A stretch of DNA of 63,648 nt, filler included, from Intoshia linei (Eukaryota > Animalia > Orthonectida), in the NCBI GenBank assembly GCA_001642005.1. It is 6 parts of 6 records of this genome, joined end to end, with 100 filler letters (N's around TTAATTAATTAA, not from the genome) between each part and the next. Parts side by side here need not be neighbours in the genome. Positions count along the whole stretch, not along the records: positions 1 to 27,070 come from LWCA01000457.1; positions 27,171 to 39,776 come from LWCA01001070.1; 4 more parts are not named here. One strand, written 5' to 3'. Below, one piece after another: positions 20,501 to 33,800 of the stretch. Position numbers and translations under genes: made by a program. The notes beneath the pieces are model-generated. The model ran no database searches, was not told the DNA's origin, and saw only the letters and a list, made by a program, of their open reading frames with translations. Every line of letters begins with the position of its first letter. Within the stretch, counting starts at the first letter, position 1.

Positions 20501-23223
20501 ATTTCTAAATAAATTGTTTTGCCGTTTTTGAAAATATTGTTGTATTGAAAGAAAAATTTGAAAATTTTCGACATGAGTACTTTGAATGTATAATTATAAT
20601 TACGATTATTTGATGGGAAAAAACTAAAATTTTTTTATTAGTGTAATAATATATATATTTTTTAGGACCTTGGTTCTATGCGGAACTTTTGGATGATCAT
20701 TATGGATGGTGTTTTATGTACTGCATATATATAGACGGGAAAGTATTAATGACTGGTGTAACTTATTTGTTTGCAACCATACACGTAATTGTCGATAATT
20801 CAATTTTTATATTATTTTTAGTTTTTTACATATTATATACCTTTGATTGGTAATTTTATTTAATTTATATTATTTGTAATTAAAAAATTATTATTTATAT
20901 ATACAATGTATATTACATTTTATTAATTTTAGTTTACCTTGGAATGGAAATTGAATATAGAACCTACGCTAAAAGACCAAAATCGTGTCTTTCTTCTAAA
21001 ATAATCAAAAACACTATATTTTGTTTTATTGAGGTATTAATGTATTTTATATAAAAATTAGGTTGACTGTTATGTACTATGTACAAACAGCACCTAGCTC
21101 TGCCGAGGCACATTTTTGTTATACCAAAAAAATAAATTCATGTTGAAAATCTAACTTAAAAATTCTACTATTCACTATTATCAATCCTTTAATAGAATGG
21201 TTCCCAAACTTGTTTCAGGTTGACCGTCATATAATATTACTTATGCGTAAATAATTTTAAAAACAATTGTTAATTTATTTTTTTAATTTATTAGACAGAA
21301 TGTGTGTATAATATTAAAAATAAAGTAAAAACAGTCCAATCCTAAAAATTGTCATAAATAGCATAAATTCCAAAAAAATAAAATTAGTCCAATACTAAAA
21401 ATTGTCATAAAGGTGTGAGTTTTGGAAATTGAAATTTATATTATTATATGTAAAAATTGTCATAAATAGCATAAATTCTGAAAAAATAAAATTATAAAAA
21501 CCTATTTTGTCATTTTCAATGTGATATTATATTCAGTACCAATTTAACATTAAACAAAATGTTTTGAAAATCAGATTTAAAAATTCCGTAGCAATGAAAA
21601 AAATTCCGAAGATATGATTTATATAGATTTTCACCCATATTTCCTTATTGGAAATGTGTAGACGTTCAATGCAGATTTTTTTGCAATTGTAGGATCAATA
21701 TGTACATTTTCAATTTTTATTACCAAATATTTGAAAAATATCGATTGATAATATATTAAAAATTACTTTTCACCGGGAATGCGTAGATTTCTGGGGTTGA
21801 AATTTTATATTTATATCCATTAGAATAAGCTCTATCAGAATAATCTTTTTTTAAACTTTTGGACCGTTAATTATTTCACATTTTTTGTTTTAATAAAATA
21901 TTTCGGAAAAAAAAATATATGAATATTAAAATGCTTTTTTGACCGTGAAGTCGTCACTTATTCGGATTGAGACCTTTAATTATTTCACATTTTTTGTTTT
22001 AATAAAATATTTCGGAAAAAAAATATATGAAAATTAAATGCTTTTTTTAACCGTGAAGTCGTCACTTATTCAGATTGAAATTTTTTGTGTGTTAATATTT
22101 TTTAAATTTTAGAGCTATTTTCATAAAAAAAAGAGTCATTTGTGGTTTTAGTCCGGAAGATATAATTTTTTTAAATTTAAATTTATGATAGTGTTTATGA
22201 TTTTAAAATCCGTATCCGCGTATATATTTTTTTAAATTCTCCAACTTGTTTGATTTTAAAAAAAAAAGGATAATTGGGGTTTTTGACACGTAAGATGTGA
22301 GTTTGGGAGATTGAAATTGATTTTGCTAACACCCGGAAAAAACTGTAATTGAAATATGGAGTTCATATTATGGACTTTATAAAATTTTAAAACTGGTAAT
22401 TATTGAAATAAACGGTAACACACACACAAACATTGCGTAGCATATTATATAAGTAAAGATTACCGGTCCGCCGTGAAAAAGTGTGGGAACCCTCTTATAT
22501 CATTTTAAAAAAATTGTCAAGTGTATATGTATATTCTATTTAGCTATACCTAATTTACACCGTTTATTATCGATTATATTTATGCTATGGAATTATGACA
22601 TTATTTGGACCATATTTTATATCATCATTTATGCTACCTTTTATTTGTTTACATTTATTATCAAAAAGAACGATTGTTTAAATATTTAATAAATTTTAAA
22701 AAAAAGTTATTAATAATCTTGACTGAGTTCGGTCTTCTCATCCATTATTTGGATGAATGTTTTGAAAAATTATATTTTTCAATATCATTATAATTCCTAA
22801 TTATTTTGTGTGTCAAGTATAGAGTTGTGTAATACTGTCCAAATCACCGACTTTAAATTGTCATCAATAACTATCATGCAGTATCAGTCGTTTATTCAAT
22901 TTAATTTGAACACAATCTACTGAACCAGTCAATTCCCGTGGAGAGGTGATAAGGGATTCTCATTTGAGATTTTTAGGGACCTCTTGTTGATATTTTTTGA
23001 CTAATTCAATGATTCTCAACTTTTTTGAGATGATACATATATATTGTTCTTAAAATCTAGCGTCATCCCTTCTAAGATTAATAACACAAATAATTATCTA
23101 TAATTAGCGATATTATGTTGTAGAACTTGTCTCAACTTTTGATACTGGATTTGCATTTTGTTATTCCTGATGACATGGATTCTTTTATTTTTTAAATCTA
23201 AAATTGTGTATTTTATGAAATGA
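14517..23223 (+). CDS. TMEM62: Transmembrane protein 62 (metallophosphoesterase domain plus C-terminal TM region)
   Basis: N-terminal TM segment, then LSDIHISKF, VSG|DLTDAK, WLDIRGNH|D, PGLRRPFNFMG, FGHYP, CGHLH, LELELSDWK and GPWFYAELL. The 3'-most exons and the stop codon are uncertain. Confidence 0.85.
16640..17070. repeat. Tandem repeat, ~114-bp unit, ~3.5 copies, in TMEM62 intron
   Basis: ATTTTACCAAACTTTTAAATTAAAAGCCACTTAT recurs at 16826 and 16940, with more diverged units on either side. Confidence 0.75.
17125..17945. mobile_element. Foldback-like MITE with long imperfect inverted arms
   Basis: 17125-17152 pairs with 17919-17945, and ~17273-17480 pairs with ~17710-17918. A related single arm lies at ~44298-44480. 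Confidence 0.7.
18347..18786. mobile_element. hAT (Charlie/Buster-type) MITE
   Basis: TIRs CAGTGGTTCC/GGAACTACTG; near-perfect 8-bp TSD GTATAGTC/GTATAGTT. Confidence 0.7.
21058..22459 (-). mobile_element. Helitron family A, most complete copy (1.4 kb, non-autonomous)
   Basis: Minus strand A|TCTTTACTTATATAATATGCTACGC...GTACATAGTACATAACAGTCAACCTAA|T: TC start, CTRR end, inserted between A and T, no TSD, no ORF. Confidence 0.85.
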
Positions 23224-23278
23224 TGTTTTGGGTTGCTACGTATTATGAGTATATTATTATATCGCCATTGTGAATTAA

Positions 23279-25138
<1,860 letters not shown>

Positions 25139-25308
25139 GTAACTATTTATTATTATTCCTCTGTATTAAAAATGTAAGATTGATAGGTTGTCTCACTCCT
25201 GGGCATGAGAGCTAACAGTATCCCGGGCAGGTGAAAATTGTATATACATAATTGTACAATGTATATGTATATATTAATGTATATTACAAAAACGTAAATC
25301 CTCTATGT

Positions 25309-25809
25309 CAGTGGTTCTCAACCTTTTTCAGTACATGGACCCTTTAGCTATTTTATATTATTCCTGGACCCCCTATTTTAAAAAAATAATATTCGTACCC
25401 TACTTATAAATCGATGCTTGTATTGTTTTATAAAATTTTTGACCATAGTTTTCACGCATAATTGACACCCCTGGTCTTGACACTGATGAGTTACTCAGAG
25501 GGATTTGACGAGTAAATTAAGTTGGATTTTTATTCATTAAAGTCGAAATAGCTGGTAAAATTACAGTTTCTCTTAATGTGTGAGGTTTACAAGCTTTTGC
25601 TATAATTTTTGAAATTTTATAAGAAGCTGTTAAACCTTTATCCTTCTTGATAACTGCATTATTGAAGATATTGTTCATTTTAATTGATTTAAAATTGTCA
25701 TGTAGTTTTGTAAAATACTCTAGTGATGGATTTTTTTCGTTGCCCCAAAATTTATCTGTGGACCCCCTAGATGTGTAATATCTCCTGTGAACCCCCTTGA
25801 GAACCACTG
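25309..25809 (-). mobile_element. hAT Charlie/Buster deletion derivative
   Basis: Perfect 13-bp TIR CAGTGGTTCTCAA and perfect 8-bp TSD CTCTATGT (25301-25308, 25810-25817). Internal transposase fragment ASYKISKIIAKACKPHTLRETVILPA is ZBED5/Buster-like. Confidence 0.9.
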
Positions 25810-26828
25810 CTCTATGTCATCATTTTGGTCCTAATCTGATCACTAAAATCATTATAGTTCAATTTATAACTTTTACATAATAAAAGCAGCGTAAACAAAT
25901 TTTTATATAAATAAGAATTCCAACATTACGTATTCATTTAGAATGATGACCCTGATCCTTTCTTATAAAGATAAATGTATTATTTTCCTAAATTTGAGTT
26001 TTGTACTTTATTTATGAATTAATTATATTTTCGTGAACCGTGTATCTTTTACTTATATAAAAGTGAATGTCTGTGGTGTAATCATTTATTGAAACAATTG
26101 ACAATGGTAGGATTTAAAAAATCAGTCCAAAAAGTTTAATAAAACATACAGTCTGGGACGCATTTTAAAAACATAAAATGACATAAAATTGTCATTAATC
26201 TCAGCCTCAGAAACACATAACTACATTTTTCCAGTATTACTAAATCGAGGTGGGCAAACCAGTGTCCCATAGAATAATTTTGGTGGACCTTTGAGTAAAT
26301 ATGTAAATTATTTATTTTTCAAGTTTTAAACACTTTCTACTATAATTGGTTTACATCATTTTAATACAGAATTTTCAGACGTTCTGGATTTTATTTTATT
26401 GAATACACTTGAATCGTTTCTCTTCAGTTAAAATTGAAATGTATTATGTGTACATTTTCAAAATCGGCCCTTCCAATTTTTTGATAAAAAATGGCCCATT
26501 AGATACAAAAGGTTCCGATCCCTAAACTATATGAACAAAAACAGGCCGGTCGTTTTGATATGTACTATTTTTTGATACGTCAGTCATGCGTATAATTGAA
26601 GATTGTAACGGAAATCCAGTTATTTCATTAAATTTGAACATTTTTTTAACTTCATAGCCTCGATTATCTCCATACTAAGAATCACTTCTATAAACTTGTA
26701 GCTGATATTCCAATAAAATTTTGAAATTTCAATATATATTGATGTTTTAATTTGATAGCATGTAAATAAACATTATTTTAAATAATATAATATTGTAAAT
26801 AAATACTAAGTCATATTTATCTCATTAA

Positions 26829-27070
26829 CCCATATACTCCCAGTGTGACCAATATGGTCACACAACATTACATTTATAAAAACACGTATCAAATCGAAAC
26901 AAAGTTAATTAAATATAAAAAATTAAATTAATTAGTATATTATATAACATTCGAGTATATTAGTTATGAATTTTCACCGATTAGCCTCCTGTGTCACTGA
27001 CAGTGGGCCAAAATGTTTTTTCAAAGCAAAAAAAAATTCACTGAAAAAATTTTTTATATTTTTTTTGTTA
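26829..27070 (+). mobile_element. piggyBac-like element left end
   Basis: TTAA|CCC start and subterminal palindrome TGTGACCAATATGGTCACA; runs toward the gap. Confidence 0.4.
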
Positions 27071-27170
27071 NNNNNNNNNNNNNNNNNNNNNNNNNNNNNN
27101 NNNNNNNNNNNNNNTTAATTAATTAANNNNNNNNNNNNNNNNNNNNNNNNNNNNNNNNNNNNNNNNNNNN
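27071..27170. other. Assembly gap with TTAATTAATTAA linker (also 39777-39876, 55731-55830, 57496-57595, 61681-61780)
   Basis: Identical N-run/TTAATTAATTAA/N-run spacer of 100 bp at all five sites; the linker has stops in all six frames. Confidence 0.95.
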
Positions 27171-27673
27171 AAAAAACTTGTATAATAATTAAATTGATTT
27201 AGTTTGTAGTTTTAATTTTGATTTTATAAATCTTTCACTTTTCTTATTATTTTCGTTGAATTAATGTTCAAATTCTTAAAACCATCTCATTTCTTCTTTA
27301 TGGGTTATTAAAAATTTCGCTTTAAATGTTTTTCTATAAAATATTTCAATGACTTATTAAATAGAAAAAACTTATATACTTCGTACAAACAGCACCTAGC
27401 TCTCAATTAATCAATCAATTTCCGAAAATAATATTTATGAGACTACAATCTATCTTAAAAATATAAATAAAATTTGTTTTTTTTAAAAATATGATTTACT
27501 TTTTAAATATTGAAATAATCAAAGCAAAATGATTTTATCATATAATATTGAAACGACAATCACTATGTAGATATTATGTTTCGTTGTAGATAAAAAATAG
27601 AATAGTAGATGAAGACTAGTATATTTTTATTATCTACTAACGAAACATGACTGTATATAAATATTAGTTAATA

Positions 27674-28996
27674 CAAGTGTGTCAAAATATTAGGCAAATG
27701 TAATGAACATAGGTGAATGAAGTGGAATTTATCATTAAAAATTAGTTCTAATATTTAATATAGTTGCCATGAACTTGTAACACTTTAATGAGCCTAGCAT
27801 CGACAGAATCGGTCAATCTCTTGACACGTTCTGATATAATTGATTTAGACACTTCTTTAATAGCATTCCAAAGGTCATCAAGGGAGTTATACTGAGTCCC
27901 AGTCGAATATAATTTTCTAAATGATTAATATGAATAATTATTAAAGTAATTTCAATATATTACATTTTTATCATGCTCCAGTAATTTTTTATTGAGTTTA
28001 AATCGGGACTGTTCGGGGGCCAATTAATCAATTTTTATCCGCTAATGCAATTTTCTGAAAGAAATGTTCTAGTAAATAACGATACATGTAAAGGTGCATT
28101 GTCATGCATAAATATGCACTTATTTCTAAAAATTGAAACATGCTAAAATAATAAATATTACAATTTAGAATTCATTTTCACGTCACTGGCAACACGAAAT
28201 GGTCCTAATACTTCATTTCCAATGATTCCTGCCCAAAACATAACACCTCCACCACCTTGTTGGCGACGCATCCTTGAAGGTGTTTCAGCAGTATTCAGTA
28301 CCCAAATTCTTGACCATCTATCCGGTCTATCTAACGTTGCATGACACTCGTCAGTGAACAACACTGTTTCAAAATTTGTTTTTAAGTAAGTTGTTGCCCA
28401 CTTTATACGTTTTCCCTTATGTATCGGTTTTAAAATCGGTGTTTTAAGAGCTTTTTTCACCGAAGCTATAGATTTTAGAACTCTACATCGAGTATTTCTA
28501 GACACATTTCCTATGTTACAGGCTGAAAATATGTTTGGACTTGTGGAAAGTGGTGTCGATGATACTTCTCTTTTTAATAATAATAATTCTCGAGGTGTTA
28601 CGATTTTTCTTACGTCCACGTTTCGATTTTATGGTTATTTTGGATAGATCATTAATATATTTCTTTATAGTGCGATGATCGTGCTTTAAACACTTGGAAA
28701 TTTGAAGAGTTGTCTTCCCTCTTGTTAATAAAGCCGTTATTTGGCTTTTCCGTCCATTTTTAAATCGTTTTTTTGTCCCATTATAAATTTGGCTAATAAT
28801 TTGACACACTAAATTATGCAAGAAAACGATATTAAGTAGATAAAAAGTTTTTTTGCATATTAACTATTTATTTTTTAATAAATAATATTAGCATCTGTTA
28901 CAAGTCACCTAATTACAAAAAAAATAAATATTTTGGCTAGATCTTGAGTGTATTACATAGCTTTATATGATTTGCCTAAAAATTTGATACAGTGTG
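27674..28996 (-). mobile_element. Tc1-like DD37E (TRT-type) transposon, degenerate
   Basis: TA-flanked imperfect TIRs (...TCAAAxTxTTAGGCAAAT). Transposase motifs FTDECHATLD, RRQQGGGGVMFWAGI, MHDNAP and WPPNSPDLN, with 37 residues between the second D and the E position (mutated to K). Frameshift and stops present. Confidence 0.88.
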
Positions 28997-29089
28997 TATA
29001 TCGATTATGTTTGAATTGTATAACCTTTAGCTAACAGTAATTTTATCAATATATATCAATTTAAATATTAATTTTTTGAATATATTTAG

Positions 29090-30733
29090 ACATTAATCCG
29101 GTCATTCCGAGAACATCACATTTGCCCATCTGCAATAACAAGACACGATTTTATCGAAACAAATGGAGACAACTTTTCAGTATTGGTTTTACCGCTGCTT
29201 ATTGTAATGTGTGATATTCGATTTTTTGATCATTTCCTTTTTAAACAATCAAATGTTCATATATTTATATCGTTTCTCTCTATATATCTGGCAATAACTA
29301 ACCAAGTATATATTTTAATTTTCAAATTGTGTCAAAATATTTTTTCAGTGTATGTCATATTAATAGAAAAATTTTAATGTGTTTACATATTCTTGATTTG
29401 AGCATTAAACATGAATGTATGACACCTTCTCGTGCATTAAATTTTGAGTAAAAAGCCTTTCCAAAAATACCAAAAAATCAACTAAAGTCTGGCATGTAGA
29501 TGCTGAATAAAAAATTAAATTAGACCCAAATTTGTTTTGAATGGCTCTGGTAGTTTAACTTTTGTAAACGATAATTATCGATAACATTATAATATTTCAC
29601 ACAAATCAATTATAATTTTATGTATCGAATAATTTAGGAACGAAACGATCAATGAATATTAGGTGAAGAGTCACAATTATTTTCTTCATTTAAAAAATTT
29701 CAAAAAAAATGTCAGAAGTGGGATTCGAACCCACGCCCACATGAGTGGAATAGAACTTGAGTCTACCGCCTTAGACCGCTCGGCCATCCTGACTTATATT
29801 TTATAGATAATTAATGTATTTATAACATTATTTTCATAAATGATATGGAAAAAGACATGAACCTACAAATTTTTATTAACAATTTTAATATAAATATATT
29901 ATAATAGATGTATGTAAATAATGTTTTATTCTAAAAATCATTTGGTACCTGATTATATCTAGAATTTCACTTGTTTCCAAAGGTTAGACTTTTTATAGCC
30001 ACTATATTAGTTACTAAAATCAAAATACACATTTGCAAACTTCATCCAAAAATGGTGATATTATGAGATAGTAGCGACGGAAATATTATCCATTTAGTTT
30101 AAATATTACCTGTTCCAAATAACCAAACATTGGCGCTAAAATAAAACTCGCTTAACTGAAAATGTTGATTGGAGCGTAATGTTATGCATTTTAACACAAT
30201 TTTTTAAAAATTAATTGAGTCAGTTAATGCAATAAAATTTACTCTAAAATATTGTGTAATGCGTTTATAATTGGCGTGGTATTTATAATTATAATTTGGA
30301 ACTTTTTGTGGTTATCAAGTTTCCCTATTAACGCAATCATTTTTTAGTGCAATGTGTACATTTTTATCAACAGGTAAGATTTATTTTTGTAGTGATATTT
30401 GGTTACCTCGGATTTGTTTCTTTTTTATTCATGCATTTATTTTAAAAATACAATTTTTAGATCCACAAATGGTCTCATACATATCCTGAAACGAGTATTC
30501 CGTTTATTGTACGACAGTTGCAAGACTACAGAATTATACTTTCTAGGGAAGGTCATAAAATTCATCACGTTTCACCTCACGACACATATTACTGTATTAC
30601 GACGGGATGGTTGAATTATCCACTAGAAGTTTCACAATTTTGGGATAAAATGGAAATTATCGTAAATAAAATTTCTGGCGCAAAACCACGAGAGGACGAC
30701 ATGGCCTGGGCGAAATATTCAACATTTAAATAA
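29090..30733 (+). CDS. PEDS1: Plasmanylethanolamine desaturase (TMEM189/Kua), last two exons
   Basis: Exon 29090-29305 [29 protein letters not shown]...ITNQ joins in frame to exon 30461-30733 IHKWSHTY...[25 protein letters not shown]...PREDDMAWA. The 5' exons are probably in the gap. Confidence 0.93.
29710..29793 (-). tRNA. tRNA-Leu(CAA), intronless
   Basis: Reverse complement GTCAGGATGGCCGAGCGGTCTAAGGCGGTAGACTCAAGTTCTA...GGTTCGAATCCCACTTCTGACA, with long variable arm, A/B boxes and a downstream oligo-T Pol III terminator. Confidence 0.96.
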
Positions 30734-30844
30734 TTCACATTGAATTGTTAATTATAACAGATTTCAAAATATACATTGAATTTACTTGTTTTTCACGTTT
30801 ATTGTTAAATAAATATGTATAAATACATACATGTGAAGTAAGTC

Positions 30845-33800
30845 ATGAAATATTTTCAGATGAATTATTTCTTTTATTTTTTTGCATGTTATGCTATCTA
30901 TTTTTCTAATGGTAATCTCTAATTTTTCAAGTTTTACTTTAAAAAGGTTGTTAATTCGCGGATAACCAACCTAAATTTTTGTATAGTTGATATTGAGTTT
31001 CAAAGCCGATTCTACCTAGGAAATGACAAATAGGCCATAAAAAGTGTTTGCTATCCATGCGTAGTGTCATATAGCCATAGCCACTTCTCCAAGTATCTTA
31101 CATCATATTTTAAATTTAATACACAAAATAGTTGTGATATTCAACAATACCATTTTTAATGTTCACAAATTTTTGGAAACATGAGGCTTCTATTTTATGA
31201 AACTTTAGTCGAGGCACCAAGAAGACATGTCTGGTTATGGTAGGTTTGGGACTGCTGAGTATTCTTTAAGCTCTGGTTCACGAAACTTTAGATTTAAACG
31301 CGTCGGATTCTAAATTTCATGATAATTTATATTGCTGGTCCATTAATGTTGTTCATGATGGGTTTTTATTTTTATCTGACCCTGCCGAGTTTCACGCATC
31401 CATGGCACTGCGTAAATTTAATTTTTAATTCCAACTACATTTCAATTAATACTAGCTAAATTAACCAAAGTATACATGTATGGGATACTTACATGTGTCA
31501 AAATTGGCCATAGTCCCTCGGAAGCGGCATTGTTGCAAGCAACTGAAATTAAACTATATTTGAATCAAAACCACGGAATATGTGCAAGTGTACAAATGGA
31601 TACAGGATACATTGATGAAAGATTGAATAAAATTGAAATGGCAATGTGGTAAATGATAATTTTCATTATTACTTTTTGATTAATTTAATTTTTAATGCAA
31701 AAATTTATAGGACAAATTATCTGAAAGGAACTGTTCACGTTCAAGTCGGTGTGTATCATAATCAACCTGCTTTAAAAGCAAGATATTTATTGAATATTAT
31801 GGATGGTGATATAATGAAGAAACCCACAAAGTAATTGCAGGTTGAACGAGTGCAAAATTTATTAGTGTGTCCCAAAAGCTTATAATAAACCCCTTATAAT
31901 TTTATACGATACATTGTTATCGGTCAGTTAATTCATTACAAACAGCATAATATTGCATATACAAATAGTGCAATGTATATTATACACATTGTACTTCAAT
32001 TCCAGGTGCCATATACATTTTAGACCAGAGTTTCCCAATAGCGTGATTTTGATGTCAAGTTAAATGAAAAAACTTTACTGTTATATACAATATATGTACC
32101 TTACAAATACTGATATAATTTAATTAATTATATGCTGTGTTGTCATTATAATGTTTATTTTACATGATTTTAGTATTCATATTTACAAATTATCTAAGTC
32201 AGTGGTTTCCAAAAAAATATATTTTCGACCCCCCTACCAGTATAAAAATATTTTTAGAGAAGATCAATTAGTACAAAATAGTGAATATGTTTATTATATT
32301 ATTAGAACAGCGATTAAAAAAATTTTATCTTTTAATATTAATATTACTGGTTTTATTTTCGTTATAAATCATACTTTAATATAGTTGACACCTTGGTAAC
32401 TAGGGTCTAGTATACAAACAATTGTAAAGTTATGATTGTTCTTATTTGTTTATATATGTGTTATTGACTCGTAAGGGTTAATAACATTTAAATTTATTAT
32501 AATCCAAAATTAATCCGAATTTCAAGAATATATTAATTAAATATTAAATCAAATTAATGTTAATGATTCCAATTCAATTTTAAAATTGTTTTTAAATCTG
32601 CGACCCCTTAGACTCACTAAGCCCCGTGGTGGGGCCAAGCCCCCCATTTGGGAAAGACTGAGATTTATCACTTAGATTCTAAATAATGCTTGGAGCCTAA
32701 AATTCAAAAAGTATAATTCTAGAACAGTTTTTTCGTAATTATGATTTATAAGAGTTTAAAATCATTGAAATTGGCATCTTAACCCTTTCGCTGTCGACTG
32801 CAATTTTATGTACTATCACCACACGTCTAAAATGTATGTCTTAATTTAAACTAATTTAAACTTGTATAATTTTAAATTATCTGTGTAAAAATATTTTATG
32901 TATATAATATTAGATTACAGCTGTATAGATTAGTCTATTCGATGTAGTTTTAAGTCTTATTCGAATAATGTATACTTCGACATATTAAAATTGCCTTCTT
33001 GACGGTTAAAAACGTATATTAGGTTTTTACATTAAATATTTTCAAAAATAATTTTATTAAAATGAATATCCAATAAAAACTAAGGAACATACAGCTGTAT
33101 AAATTTGTCTATTCGATGTAGTTTTTAAGACTTATTCGAATAATATATACTTCGACATATTCAAAGTTTATCATATTCATGCGTCTTGACGGGCAAAAAC
33201 GTACATTGAATTTTTACAATAAATATTTTGAAAATAATTTTAATGAAAATGAAACAAAAACTAAAAATTACGCAACCACGTAAATTTCGTTTTCTGTGAT
33301 AGTTTTCACTTTGAAACTTTAACATTGATGGTGTGTTGATTTAAATGAGCCACCTAGAATCTAGATGCAATAATTAAACAAAACTATTAGTAGTCTTGTT
33401 TAATATTAATTTAACTTGAAAGATGTATATGATTATACAAACGGCTGGGACCACCGATAAACCAATATAAATGCAGTTTCATTGATTTGTGATAAACAAT
33501 ACTATTTAGAAGTTACCTGTACATACATCAGTATCAATATAATTACATAATCAGACCTACTGATAGGAGTCTGTCTAAATTAAATACACTAAACTTTTTA
33601 TTTGAAAAATGGTCATATAGACAATACTTCAAAACTGCTCAACAATTTGATTTTATAAATTATCAAAACTGTAAAAATTTTTCCGGATCAAATGAAATAT
33701 ACATTTACGTAATTGTAAATTATGCAAATGAAGATTTGGATATTTTGAATGATGAATTGCAATACTATAATTTACCTTATTATTTGTGCAAAGTAAAAAA

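Noticed and set aside
27071-27170. Palindromic TTAATTAATTAA recurring five times
   Set aside because: Always centred in N runs of fixed length; it is an artificial all-frame stop linker from scaffolding.
30259-30373. Candidate extra PEDS1 exon ending at a strong CAG|GTAAG donor
   Set aside because: No clean frame joins it to the downstream exon, and 29305 already splices in frame to 30461.
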